64,000 bases of DNA from Bdellovibrionaceae bacterium UBA6502. Its GTDB lineage: Bacteria; Bdellovibrionota; Bdellovibrionia; Bdellovibrionales; UBA840. The stretch covers positions 17,912 to 81,911 of the forward strand of contig DJMA01000007.1 in assembly GCA_002436415.1 (NCBI GenBank), given 5' to 3'. Of this stretch, positions 9,375 to 17,747 are shown piece after piece; position 1 is the stretch's first letter, and every line of letters begins with the position of its first letter. The position numbers and the translations under genes were made by a program. A model generated the notes under the pieces. That model worked only from the letters and a program-made list of their open reading frames with translations, did no database searches and was not told the origin of the DNA.

Positions 9375-9659
9375 TTAAAATTTCTTAGCATTCATCCCAA
9401 ATGACATTCCTGCGGTAAAGGAATTATTGGCTCCAGAGCTTTTTGACTCTGCAGAGTTGGCGTAATTTAGTGTTTGGTTTAATTGTGATCGCCCAAGCAT
9501 GCTTATAAAGTTAAAGAAAAGACTCTCTGTAAATTTAATGGTGTAGTAGTAGCCTAGCTGAAGCTCAATTCCAGTGAGCTTCATACACCTAAATTTTTGT
9601 AAGTCCGCATATTCTGAGGCTGCGTAGCTGGGTGCAAGACCTTGGCTTTTTGTAAAACA
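9375..9659 (-). pseudogene. possible remnant of an outer-membrane beta-barrel gene (C-terminal strands only)
   Basis: The 69-aa ORF ends ...FTAGMSFGMNAKKF, an alternating hydrophobic pattern with a terminal Phe, as in the OMP C-terminal signature. The frame is open only about 25 codons further upstream. It has no signal peptide and no Shine-Dalgarno sequence. Confidence 0.3.
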
Positions 9660-9721
9660 AGTTCTGATTATGTAATTGGTCTAACTGATGCGTTTTAGTG
9701 GAGCTTGCAGTAGTGGTGTTT

Positions 9722-10138
9722 TTAAGCTTTCTCGTTTTCTTTTTTTAAAAGGTCTCTAATTTCTGACAATAGCTCAATGTCTTTTGGAGTAGGGACCGAG
9801 TTATCTTGAGGGTCTTCTGCTTTTTCTTTTAGGCTGTTCATCACTTGCACTAGGCTATAGACAACAAAGGCTAAAATGAAAAAATCAATACTGGCTTGTA
9901 AAAAAGAACCGTAGGGAATTGTTAGTATTTGCTCTTTAGCTTCACCATATTGAATGCTGTAAGCCCATTCGCTCACTTTTGCTTTCCCTAAAAATAATCC
10001 GACGATGGGAGTTAAAATATCAGCAACAAAAGACTTCACGATTCCTGTGAAAGCTGTACCGACCATAATACCCACTGCTAAATCCATCAAATTGCCGCGA
10101 ATCAGAAACTTTTTATAACCTTGTATGAATTTTTTCAT
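9722..10138 (-). CDS. mscL: large-conductance mechanosensitive channel
   Basis: FKKFLIRGNLMDLAVGIMVGTAFTGIVKSFVADILTPIVG is the canonical MscL N-terminus. The protein is 138 aa. Confidence 0.9.
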   Translation of the reverse strand: MKKFIQGYKKFLIRGNLMDLAVGIMVGTAFTGIVKSFVADILTPIVGLFLGKAKVSEWAYSIQYGEAKEQILTIPYGSFLQASIDFFILAFVVYSLVQVMNSLKEKAEDPQDNSVPTPKDIELLSEIRDLLKKENEKA

Positions 10139-10329
10139 TATTACCTCTCAGGCGCTGATTTTTACTTAAAGACTGGGCTAAATCAAATGAAAAGCCAGGT
10201 TTACATAACTGGGTGTTTGCTTTTTTTGCAGCTGAGATGCTAAAACATTAAGAAAGATTAAAATTAAACTGCCATCCAAAAAGGTCTTTTTAGACTTTTC
10301 TGCTTTAGTTTTCTGTAGAGAGGGAAATC

Positions 10330-12987
10330 ATGGATTACAATATTGAAGAGCTTTTGAAGAAGTGTGCTACAGAAGAAATTCATTTGCTAGGGGACATTCA
10401 AGACTATGCTTGCTTGATCGCTATTGACTCAGATTTTATTGTAAATGTGATCAGCGAAAACTTTGATGTTTGGGATGTGAAGCTTGGGCAGAATATTTCA
10501 GAGCATTTCACAGACAGTCAAAAAACGGCCATTCAAGACTTTTTAGGTGAATCAAGTGGTTCAAAGATTAAAAATTTGAATTTAGGAAAAGATAAGGCGC
10601 AAAAATTTTATTGTTATAAAACCAACAATCTTCTTGTGATGGAGCTTGAATTAGCGGATTCAGAAGACGATATTTTAGAAAATGAAGATAAGTTAAACTC
10701 TATTACTCGTATCAACGATTACGATTACAGTGCTGACTCTAAAGTAAAACTGGCTGAGGATTTGGCGAAGACGGTGAAGAACGTTACTAGCTACGACCGT
10801 GTGATGGTTTATAGATTTCACCCGGATGATCATGGTGAGGTGATTGCTGAGGAAAAGGAAGAGCATCTAGAGAGTTTTTTAAACCTTCATTATCCAGAAT
10901 CAGACATCCCAAAACAAGCAAGGGCTTTGTTTATTCGAAATCAAGTTCGTCTAATTAGTGATGTTGATGGACCGAGAGTAAAATTACTATCTTTAACCGA
11001 TGATAGACTTGATTTAAGTGATTCCATTTGTAGGCATTCTGCCGTGGTTCACTTAGAGTATTTAAGAAATATGGGCGTTGTTGCGAGTCTAACGATTGCG
11101 CTTGTTGTGGATGGAAAGCTTTGGGGCTTGATCGCCTGTCACAATTATTCTCCAAAATTTATTGATCTTGCTTCTAGATCTCTATTGCGTTTAATCGGCT
11201 ATTCTTTTTCTAGTACCTTAAGTAAACTGCGCAATCAACTTTACAATCGACGATTAAAGAAAGTAAGCTCTTTGGCCTCTTCAGTCATGGATAGAGTTTA
11301 TAAGAGACAAGATTTCGAGGATAAGCATTTTCTTGAAAATTTATTTGAATCTCAAGGTACAAAGTTAATGGCTCTTATGGGGGCTTCAGGAGTTTTTTTA
11401 GAAATAGGAAAGAGAAAGGCAAGCTTTGGAACAGTTCCTAGTTCTGTTGTCATTCGCGAAATCGAACAAAAACTAATTGATTCAGGCTCGGAGAATATTT
11501 TTGTAAGTGATCATCTACGTGGAGATCTGCAGAACTCAGAGGATTTGTCTAAAGATACGGCTGGGGTTATGGCGGTAGGTTTTGTTGCGAATGAATTTCG
11601 ATGCCAAATCATGTGGTTTAGAAAAGAAACTATCGACGAGATTACCTGGGCAGGAAAGGACGATAAAAGTATTGTATATGACAAAGGCCATCCTCGCTTA
11701 AGTCCTAGAGGTTCCTTTGAGGAAGTTACTTCCGTTCGAAAAGAGCGTTCCATTTCTTTTAGCGAACAAGACAGCGATGTTGCCTTTGAATTCTTTTGGT
11801 ATATGAACAACATTTTATTGAATCAGTTAAAATTTGCCGAGAAGAACATTCGATCCTTGGAGAAAGAAGCTAGTGAAAAAGATCTTTTTATTTCAAATTT
11901 ATCTCATGAATTGAGAACACCGATTAATAATATCCTGGGTTGGCATCAGCTATACAAAGAGCAACTAGAGTTAAATCCAGACTTAAGGGAGTTCTCAGAA
12001 GTAGTGGCCAATAATTCCAAGCAGCAGCTTATGTTAGTAAATGATTTACTGGATATGTCCAAAGTAAGCACTGGTAAGATAGAGTTAAAATTAAAAGAGG
12101 TGGATCTTCGAAAATCACTTTCAGATGTAGTTCGTTATTTTCAGCCGAGTTTAAATACAAAAAACATACAGGCAAATCTTTTGATCGGCGAAGGGGATTT
12201 GATGATTTCTGCCGACGCGACAAGACTACAGCAGATCCTTAGAAATGTTTTACAAAATGCCATCAAATTTACTCCACGAAGGGGAGAGATTTGGGTCTAT
12301 TGTGAAAAGGTAGATTCTGATATTGAAATACGTATCAAAGATTCGGGAGTTGGTTTTAAAAAAGACCAAATTGAAAAAATCTTTAAACCATTTTATCAAA
12401 TCGATCAAACTAGTTCAAAAGCCAATACGGGGCTTGGACTTGGTTTGGCTTTGGTAAAAAATTTAGTAGACCTACACGGTGGACAAATCCAAATTTATTC
12501 AGAGGGTCCGAGCTTAGGTGCTGAGGTTACTTTGAAGTTTCCGGTAATTTCTTACCGAATTTCTCCAGAGACGGATCGACAGATGAATTCCACTCCTGTG
12601 GCTAATCTTAGTGGTGCTTTGAAAGGCTATCGAATAATGCTGGTTGAAGATACCGTTGAATCAGCTCGTTTCGTTAAAATGTTTTTAGAAAAACAAGGTG
12701 CCGAAATTTTATGGTTTAGTTCCGCACCGGAAGCCTTAAAAGACATGCAATTACTTTCAAAGGTTGATTTGGTAATTTCTGACATTGGTCTTCCTGAGAT
12801 TGATGGTTATGAATTTGTTAAGCTAGCAAAATCTATAGATACATATCAAAATGTTCCTTTTATTGCTTTTTCGGCTTATGGTACGACCAGTGCAATGGAG
12901 AAATCCATTCGCGCAGGTTTCGTAAAACACATAGTGAAACCATTGAATTTAACGGAATTGTTACAGGTGGTGCAAGAGTGTCTCTAA
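10330..12987 (+). CDS. bphP: bacteriophytochrome-type hybrid sensor histidine kinase (PAS-GAF-PHY-HisKA-HATPase-REC)
   Basis: The N-terminal KKCATEEIHLLGDIQDYACLIAI places a Cys before the IH..G.IQ motif. The GAF core is YDRVMVYRFHPDDHGEVIAE...HYPESDIPKQARALF, followed by HLEYLRNMGVVASL and LWGLIACHN. The H-box is SHELRTPIN, the G-box is DSGVGF...GLGLGLA, and the receiver ends in DLVISDIGLPEIDG. Confidence 0.85.
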   Translation: MDYNIEELLKKCATEEIHLLGDIQDYACLIAIDSDFIVNVISENFDVWDVKLGQNISEHFTDSQKTAIQDFLGESSGSKIKNLNLGKDKAQKFYCYKTNNLLVMELELADSEDDILENEDKLNSITRINDYDYSADSKVKLAEDLAKTVKNVTSYDRVMVYRFHPDDHGEVIAEEKEEHLESFLNLHYPESDIPKQARALFIRNQVRLISDVDGPRVKLLSLTDDRLDLSDSICRHSAVVHLEYLRNMGVVASLTIALVVDGKLWGLIACHNYSPKFIDLASRSLLRLIGYSFSSTLSKLRNQLYNRRLKKVSSLASSVMDRVYKRQDFEDKHFLENLFESQGTKLMALMGASGVFLEIGKRKASFGTVPSSVVIREIEQKLIDSGSENIFVSDHLRGDLQNSEDLSKDTAGVMAVGFVANEFRCQIMWFRKETIDEITWAGKDDKSIVYDKGHPRLSPRGSFEEVTSVRKERSISFSEQDSDVAFEFFWYMNNILLNQLKFAEKNIRSLEKEASEKDLFISNLSHELRTPINNILGWHQLYKEQLELNPDLREFSEVVANNSKQQLMLVNDLLDMSKVSTGKIELKLKEVDLRKSLSDVVRYFQPSLNTKNIQANLLIGEGDLMISADATRLQQILRNVLQNAIKFTPRRGEIWVYCEKVDSDIEIRIKDSGVGFKKDQIEKIFKPFYQIDQTSSKANTGLGLGLALVKNLVDLHGGQIQIYSEGPSLGAEVTLKFPVISYRISPETDRQMNSTPVANLSGALKGYRIMLVEDTVESARFVKMFLEKQGAEILWFSSAPEALKDMQLLSKVDLVISDIGLPEIDGYEFVKLAKSIDTYQNVPFIAFSAYGTTSAMEKSIRAGFVKHIVKPLNLTELLQVVQECL

Positions 12988-13481
12988 ATTTAAGAGCTCG
13001 ATTAAGAGAAGAAACAAAAAAATCTCACCAAAGCTTAGAGGAGTCTTTTCCTTTTTGTAATTTGATGAAAGAAGAGGGGATTGAACAAAGCTCTAATGAG
13101 GCTTTTTACCGTTTCCATGATTTGTTTTTTGATTACCTAAAGAAAGAATCTGATGGAAGAGAATTTTACGCAGATTTGTTAAATGTATTTGAAAAGGCAT
13201 CTTTGTCTAAAGATAGACTTTTGCAAGTGGAGTCTCGCGAAGAAAAATTAGCGATGGAATACCTTTTGTTGGGATCAAGAATGGGAAACCGTCTACTTTT
13301 GAGTAAAAACCCAAAGATCAAAGAATGTAGTTTCGCCGCATATTTTGAGATGTCTCTCCCTGCCAATTTATGGGAAGAATTTATCTTAAAACTGGATGAG
13401 GTAAAAGAGAGTGAAGCACAAGATCGAGTGATCCATTTGGCGAATCATTACTTTAATGTATTAAAATCCCCAAGGTCTTAG
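12978..13481 (+). CDS. heme oxygenase-like protein (BphO-like, short)
   Basis: The GTG start overlaps the bphP stop by 10 nt. The N-terminal LRARLREETKKSHQSLEE matches the heme oxygenase proximal-His helix (L...LR..T...H). At 167 aa it is shorter than the roughly 200 aa I recall for BphO/HmuO. Confidence 0.55.
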   Translation: MSLNLRARLREETKKSHQSLEESFPFCNLMKEEGIEQSSNEAFYRFHDLFFDYLKKESDGREFYADLLNVFEKASLSKDRLLQVESREEKLAMEYLLLGSRMGNRLLLSKNPKIKECSFAAYFEMSLPANLWEEFILKLDEVKESEAQDRVIHLANHYFNVLKSPRS

Positions 13482-13528
13482 TTGGAGATTTTAGCAAAGG
13501 TATCATCCGTGACTAGGCTTTTTAACTC

Positions 13529-14065
13529 TTAAATTTTTCTGGGAATAAGCATTGCATAACAATCTATTTTTCCTGAGATAGCTTTTTCTCTGCATCGAAT
13601 GTGAAAACTTGGGTAATAATAAATTGCGCCATTCTTAAGTTGCACTTTTACTTTTTCTTCTGTTGCTATTTCGGTCTTAGGCTGTAAAAGACTCTTAATA
13701 TTTGCAATGTCTTTAATTTCAAGGAATTGCGCTACAATACTATCTTCGATATCTCCATAAAAGACTAGGGTTTCATTCTGAGAAGACAGCTCGAAATCAA
13801 AATCAGAGATACAATTTACAGCGAGAGGACTCTTAGTGCCAATATGTCGTTTGGCCTTACACTTTATAGAAAAGGCATTGTTAGTACTTTTGAGGATACG
13901 GGTGTCCCAGTAAAGTATATCATTAATTCTTTCTTGCTTGGAAGGGGCTCCTTCTAGAGCGATGTAAAAAGAACGAGAGTCTAAACTGTCTAATTCGTAC
14001 TCAAAGCTTTCAGCTGAACTAATGCTACTGATGAATATTAGGCATAATATCAAAGTGGATTTCAT
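13529..14065 (-). CDS. hypothetical exported protein
   Basis: The signal peptide is MKSTLILCLIFISSISSA|ES. I recognise no motif. Confidence 0.5.
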   Translation of the reverse strand: MKSTLILCLIFISSISSAESFEYELDSLDSRSFYIALEGAPSKQERINDILYWDTRILKSTNNAFSIKCKAKRHIGTKSPLAVNCISDFDFELSSQNETLVFYGDIEDSIVAQFLEIKDIANIKSLLQPKTEIATEEKVKVQLKNGAIYYYPSFHIRCREKAISGKIDCYAMLIPRKI

Positions 14066-14172
14066 TGGTTTTTCTCCTCTATGATGATTTTTACTTCGAT
14101 TTATGCCTGTTGCAAATTAATTTTATTTTAATGACACATCTCAGATGGTTCTAACGTTGTTGAAGATAAAGA

Positions 14173-14196
14173 TAAAAATAAAAATAAAAATAAAAA
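14173..14196. repeat. (TAAAAA)x4 perfect tandem hexamer
   Basis: The sequence taaaaataaaaataaaaataaaaa was read directly. It lies in the non-coding stretch downstream of tRNA-Leu. Confidence 0.9.
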
Positions 14197-14351
14197 TTAG
14201 ATGCGGGTTTTTAGTGGGGGTTAGCTTTTTCGCCAGACAGTTAACGATGAAGCGGCTTGTGATTCACTGAAGGACTAGCGAACCCGAATAAGGCGTTCAC
14301 TAAAATGCACTTAAACGTAGTAAATATTTTGAATTATTATAAAGATAAAAG

Positions 14352-14438
14352 TGGTACCCGAGACGAGACTTGAACTCGTAAGATCTTGCGATCGGTGGAT
14401 TTTGAATCCACTGCGTCTACCGATTCCGCCACCCGGGC
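14352..14438 (-). tRNA. tRNA-Leu (anticodon CAA), class II with long variable arm, CCA encoded
   Basis: The reverse complement is GCCCGGGTGGCGGAATCGGTAGACGCAGTGGATTCAAAATCCACCGATCGCAAGATCTTACGAGTTCAAGTCTCGTCTCGGGTACCA. I folded it by hand. The acceptor stem is 7 bp with 2 G:U pairs. The D arm is GCGGAATCGGTAGACGC. The anticodon stem-loop is GTGGA-TTCAAAA-TCCAC. The variable hairpin is GATC-GCAA-GATC. The T arm is ACGAG-TTCAAGT-CTCGT. Confidence 0.95.
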
Positions 14439-14657
14439 CCATTAATTGGAACGCACATTGTTATGAGATAAGTTTACTTATGACAAGAAAATCGAGTGAA
14501 AATCGTGAAAATGCTATAAAAAAACTCAAAAAGACACCAAAAACCAAGTAAGAATTACAAGTTTGCCACAATGACCAGCAAATTATGCCGCTTTGTATTA
14601 TTATACCCCTGCCGTGTGGCAATTTTATTATTAATTTTGGGTTTTGAGGTATTAAAG

Positions 14658-15860
14658 ATGTCATCAAAATTATTGGGACTAGTTGTAGTTTTTATTGGAT
14701 CTTCCATTGCGTACGCGCAATCGGATCGATCAAATTCTCTTCGCGATGAACTTCGTAATGAGGTTGGCCAGTTATATAGCCAATCAGGTGGAGAGGCTTT
14801 GGATCGTGAAGAGCTCGCACAAAGAAGTTATCCGCAGCCAGTGGAAGCGGCTCCTGTAGTTGTTCCGCGCAGATCCGCTCCTTCTTTTGAAAGAAGGCCG
14901 AAAGCGGTTGTTGAATCATCTCCATTAGATGAGTCGAAAGCAGCACGTTTGAGACGCCAACGCGAAGGTTTCGAAGCTGAAACTGAAATGCGTATCGTTG
15001 AAAAGTTGGAAGAAGATCGTATCGAATCAGAAAGAAAAAGAGCAGCTCGCTTGTTTGGTGGAAAGTTAGATAACGAAGAACAAGAAGAGATGTACGCTCC
15101 TCAGCAGGTTCAACCTGTAGCTCCAGTAGTGGTTGCTCCACCAGCTCCTGTGGTAGATACAAGCGCTGATGATGAGTTGGCTCGTGAAGATTTCAAACAA
15201 GATCTAAGAGAAGTTATTACTGAAATGAAGTCGGTTGAAAATGTTGAAGAAGAGGATTTCGAGACTTTAGACGTCGGACCGATCTACTATCTTATGCCTA
15301 GCATTGGTTTAGGAAACTATCCTGGAATCGACAATGTAGAAGGTGCCTATTCAATTGGTATTAATTTAGGTGCTGAGTATATGAATGGTTTGATGGTTGA
15401 AGGTAGTTTTAACTTATCTAGTTATGATCTTTATAACTGTTATGGTTCATCTTCTTGTAACTACTCTTACAATCAAAATAACTTGTTAGAGTTAACGCAA
15501 TACTCGGTTGGAACAAACGTTAAGTACCAGTTTAACTCTTCTGGAAGATTGAGACCGGTTGTTGGTGGTGTTGTTTCTTTAACGATGAGAGAGTATGAGC
15601 AGGTTTATTACTCTTCAGGAACTTCTAACGTTAAATCTTATGCAATGGATCTAGGTTTATTGGGTGGAGTGAACGTGGACGTTTCAGATGTTTGGTCCGT
15701 AGCGGTTGATTTTCGTTATATGTTCAATTTAACGAATCGTGTAGATCGTAATTCTGTAGGCGGAAATACGGCTTTCATCAACAACAGTTATGCGAATGCA
15801 ACTCCTGTTGAGGACTTGGACTACTATCTGTTTAATGTAGGTATGAAGTTTAAGTTCTAA
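14658..15860 (+). CDS. outer-membrane beta-barrel protein with long Pro/Glu/Arg-rich N-terminal region
   Basis: The internal Met gives the signal peptide MSSKLLGLVVVFIGSSIAYA|Q. Residues from about 60 to 200 are charged and proline-rich (PVAPVVVAPPAPVV). The C-terminal roughly 190 aa have alternating beta-strand patterns and end in VGMKFKF. Confidence 0.65.
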   Translation: MSSKLLGLVVVFIGSSIAYAQSDRSNSLRDELRNEVGQLYSQSGGEALDREELAQRSYPQPVEAAPVVVPRRSAPSFERRPKAVVESSPLDESKAARLRRQREGFEAETEMRIVEKLEEDRIESERKRAARLFGGKLDNEEQEEMYAPQQVQPVAPVVVAPPAPVVDTSADDELAREDFKQDLREVITEMKSVENVEEEDFETLDVGPIYYLMPSIGLGNYPGIDNVEGAYSIGINLGAEYMNGLMVEGSFNLSSYDLYNCYGSSSCNYSYNQNNLLELTQYSVGTNVKYQFNSSGRLRPVVGGVVSLTMREYEQVYYSSGTSNVKSYAMDLGLLGGVNVDVSDVWSVAVDFRYMFNLTNRVDRNSVGGNTAFINNSYANATPVEDLDYYLFNVGMKFKF

Positions 15861-15887
15861 TTGATCTCTTAGTGAGGTTTTTAAAAA

Positions 15888-15915
15888 GCGCAGCTTATAG
15901 AGTCTGCGCTTTTTT
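15888..15915 (+). terminator. intrinsic terminator after the OMP gene
   Basis: The hairpin gcgcag-N10-ctgcgc is followed by tttttt. Confidence 0.75.
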
Positions 15916-16395
15916 ATTTTTACTTACTCATCTTAGGTGCTTAGGTTTATTTGTAGAGAAATTGAATGTCCTAGCGTTTCAACTCTCGTTTAAAGCTCAG
16001 ATAGACTTTCAATCTTTAAATCCATATCGACTCTGATAAGTGTTTGATTGAATCAAAGAGTTTTTTTAGTGAAGGGGTAATGTTAAAGCCCAGAGGTTCT
16101 TTGATGTGTTTTCCCTGGCGAGATTAAGTCTTTGAAGACTTTGTTTAAAGTTTTGGTATTGAGTGGCTGATAAAGGTCATTCGCAAGGATTGAATCATTT
16201 TTTTATGACTAGAATAAGCTCTCAATTAATAGACTTACTACTTTCAGTATTGTTGTCTTTTTTTGTTTGGTAAATTTTAAATAAGTGGGAAGAGATAAAA
16301 TTGAGCTAATCGCAAATGCTTAGCTTGTACTCTAGAGGCTAGTTTATAACAAAATGTGCCTTGCCTTTTAGAAGATTGCTTTTCATACTTTTAAT

Positions 16396-17022
16396 ATGAA
16401 GTTTTTGGTCTTGATGCTTTCCATTCTATTTTCTACGCAAATTCTTGCACTCAGTAATCGAAGTATGGCTGCCTTGGGTAAGGAGTTTGTTTCTAAGAGA
16501 GATGTGCAAATTCACAGTATTTTACAGAAAATGATGTATCAGTATAAAAGTGAAAACTTAGACTTTGAATCTGTAAAACAGGATGAGTTTTTAAATAGAG
16601 AGTTGGGAAACTATATTTTAGAAAGAGTTATCTTTTTAGAGGCTAAGAGTTTTGGTTTGGCTACGGTAGAGGCTAGCCTCGTTAAGAGAGAGGGCTCGAA
16701 AGTATTGGGGAGAATTTTAAAGTCTAATTTTTCCAAGCTTTGGAAAGAGCTAGGGGTGGAAACCGATGAGTATGATGTGTTTGTTGAGCAAAAGCTTCGC
16801 TCTAGAAAGTTCATATCCATCAAGAAAGAAGCCGCACAAGTTTTGGTGACGGATAGAGAAATCGACCAATATATGCAGCAAAATAAAATGGATAAAGAGC
16901 TAATTTCCCAAGAAAAACTAAGAAGCAGAGTAAAGCAATACTTAGGAAATAAGCAGGGAGAGAAGCAGTTGCGTGAATGGTTTGAGTTACTAAGAAACAA
17001 ATACCAAGTACGAGTATTTTAG
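16396..17022 (+). CDS. hypothetical exported protein, possibly a SurA N-terminal-domain-like chaperone without a PPIase domain
   Basis: A signal peptide is present. The protein is helical and Lys/Glu-rich. It has only a weak overall resemblance to SurA_N-type proteins. Its stop overlaps the rimI start by 1 nt. Confidence 0.4.
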   Translation: MKFLVLMLSILFSTQILALSNRSMAALGKEFVSKRDVQIHSILQKMMYQYKSENLDFESVKQDEFLNRELGNYILERVIFLEAKSFGLATVEASLVKREGSKVLGRILKSNFSKLWKELGVETDEYDVFVEQKLRSRKFISIKKEAAQVLVTDREIDQYMQQNKMDKELISQEKLRSRVKQYLGNKQGEKQLREWFELLRNKYQVRVF

Positions 17023-17456
17023 TGTTTTTACGTCTTCTTGATGAATCTGATTCAAAAAACATTCTGGATCTATGGCATAAGTGCTTAGAAAATGATACTT
17101 ATTTAAGTGCTTGGTCTGATGCGAGTTTAGAGTCTTATGTTCAAATGGGAAATTGCTTTGCTTTATTTGACGGCTCAGAGATTTTAGGAGCTATTTTTTT
17201 TCGATCTGGTATTGAGGAAGTAGAAATCGATCAATTTATTGTAAATCCAGAACAGCGTAAAAAAGGCTACGGACAAAGCTTACTAAAGGCCTTTTGTGAG
17301 CATTTTTCTGACTTTAAGGTTTTACTTGAGGTGGCCGGGGAAAATTATCCTGCTATGTCTTTGTACAAAAAGTGTGGTTTCCAAGAGTTTTCGGTGAGAA
17401 AGAATTACTATAGTTCGGGGCAAGATGCCCATTGTTTTCACTGGATTAAAAAATAG
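17022..17456 (+). CDS. rimI: GNAT acetyltransferase, RimI-like (ribosomal-protein-alanine N-acetyltransferase)
   Basis: RKKGYGQSLL is the Q/RxxGxG/A motif. NYPAMSLYKKCGFQEFSVRKNYY is typical of the RimI C-terminus. The start codon is GTG. Confidence 0.6.
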   Translation: MFLRLLDESDSKNILDLWHKCLENDTYLSAWSDASLESYVQMGNCFALFDGSEILGAIFFRSGIEEVEIDQFIVNPEQRKKGYGQSLLKAFCEHFSDFKVLLEVAGENYPAMSLYKKCGFQEFSVRKNYYSSGQDAHCFHWIKK

Positions 17457-17712
17457 GCTCAGTTTTCATTCTGGCCAATATCATTTTTGTTGCTAGATTT
17501 TCGGGAGCTAAAGCATGTGAAGCCTCATTTTGCATGTATATTGAGCTGTTTTGAGTTTTTTTGAGTGATATATTTTATTTAGCCTTTGCGCTAGGCCCTC
17601 AAGTATTTTGCGTTAGAAAGCCAGAAACTAGTAATTCTACTTGTGTTTTCCCTAATTAATTGTTATGGTTTGACAAACTTTTGAATTCAGTCCTCTAGGG
17701 GATTTGAAAAAG

Positions 17713-17739
17713 TGGACCCTAGAAGGTCCATTTTTTTTT
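17713..17739 (+). terminator. terminator-like hairpin plus T9 in the rimP leader (possible attenuator)
   Basis: The hairpin tggacc-ctagaa-ggtcca is followed by ttttttttt. It ends 8 nt before the rimP ATG and lies 256 nt downstream of the rimI stop. Confidence 0.5.
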
Positions 17740-17747
17740 AGGATAAT

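Noticed and set aside
14352-14438. Possibility that tRNA-Leu marks a genomic island or prophage integration site.
   Set aside because: I saw no integrase, no phage or transposase genes, and no second copy of the tRNA 3' end within the window. The flanking genes look like ordinary exported proteins.
14351-14551. A 66-aa plus-strand ORF, and the overlapping 68-aa minus-strand ORF at 14461-14667.
   Set aside because: The first overlaps the tRNA-Leu gene on the opposite strand; its 'protein' is simply the tRNA complement read as codons. The second lies in the tRNA promoter and OMP leader region. It has no Shine-Dalgarno sequence and low-complexity content.
14692-15162. A 156-aa minus-strand ORF antisense to the OMP N-terminal extension. 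Similar antisense ORFs lie inside infB, nusA, pnp, clpA, ruvB and yebC.
   Set aside because: Each is embedded in a gene with strong motif support on the other strand. Their compositions are low-complexity (Leu/Ser/Phe/Arg-rich), and they have no Shine-Dalgarno sequence.
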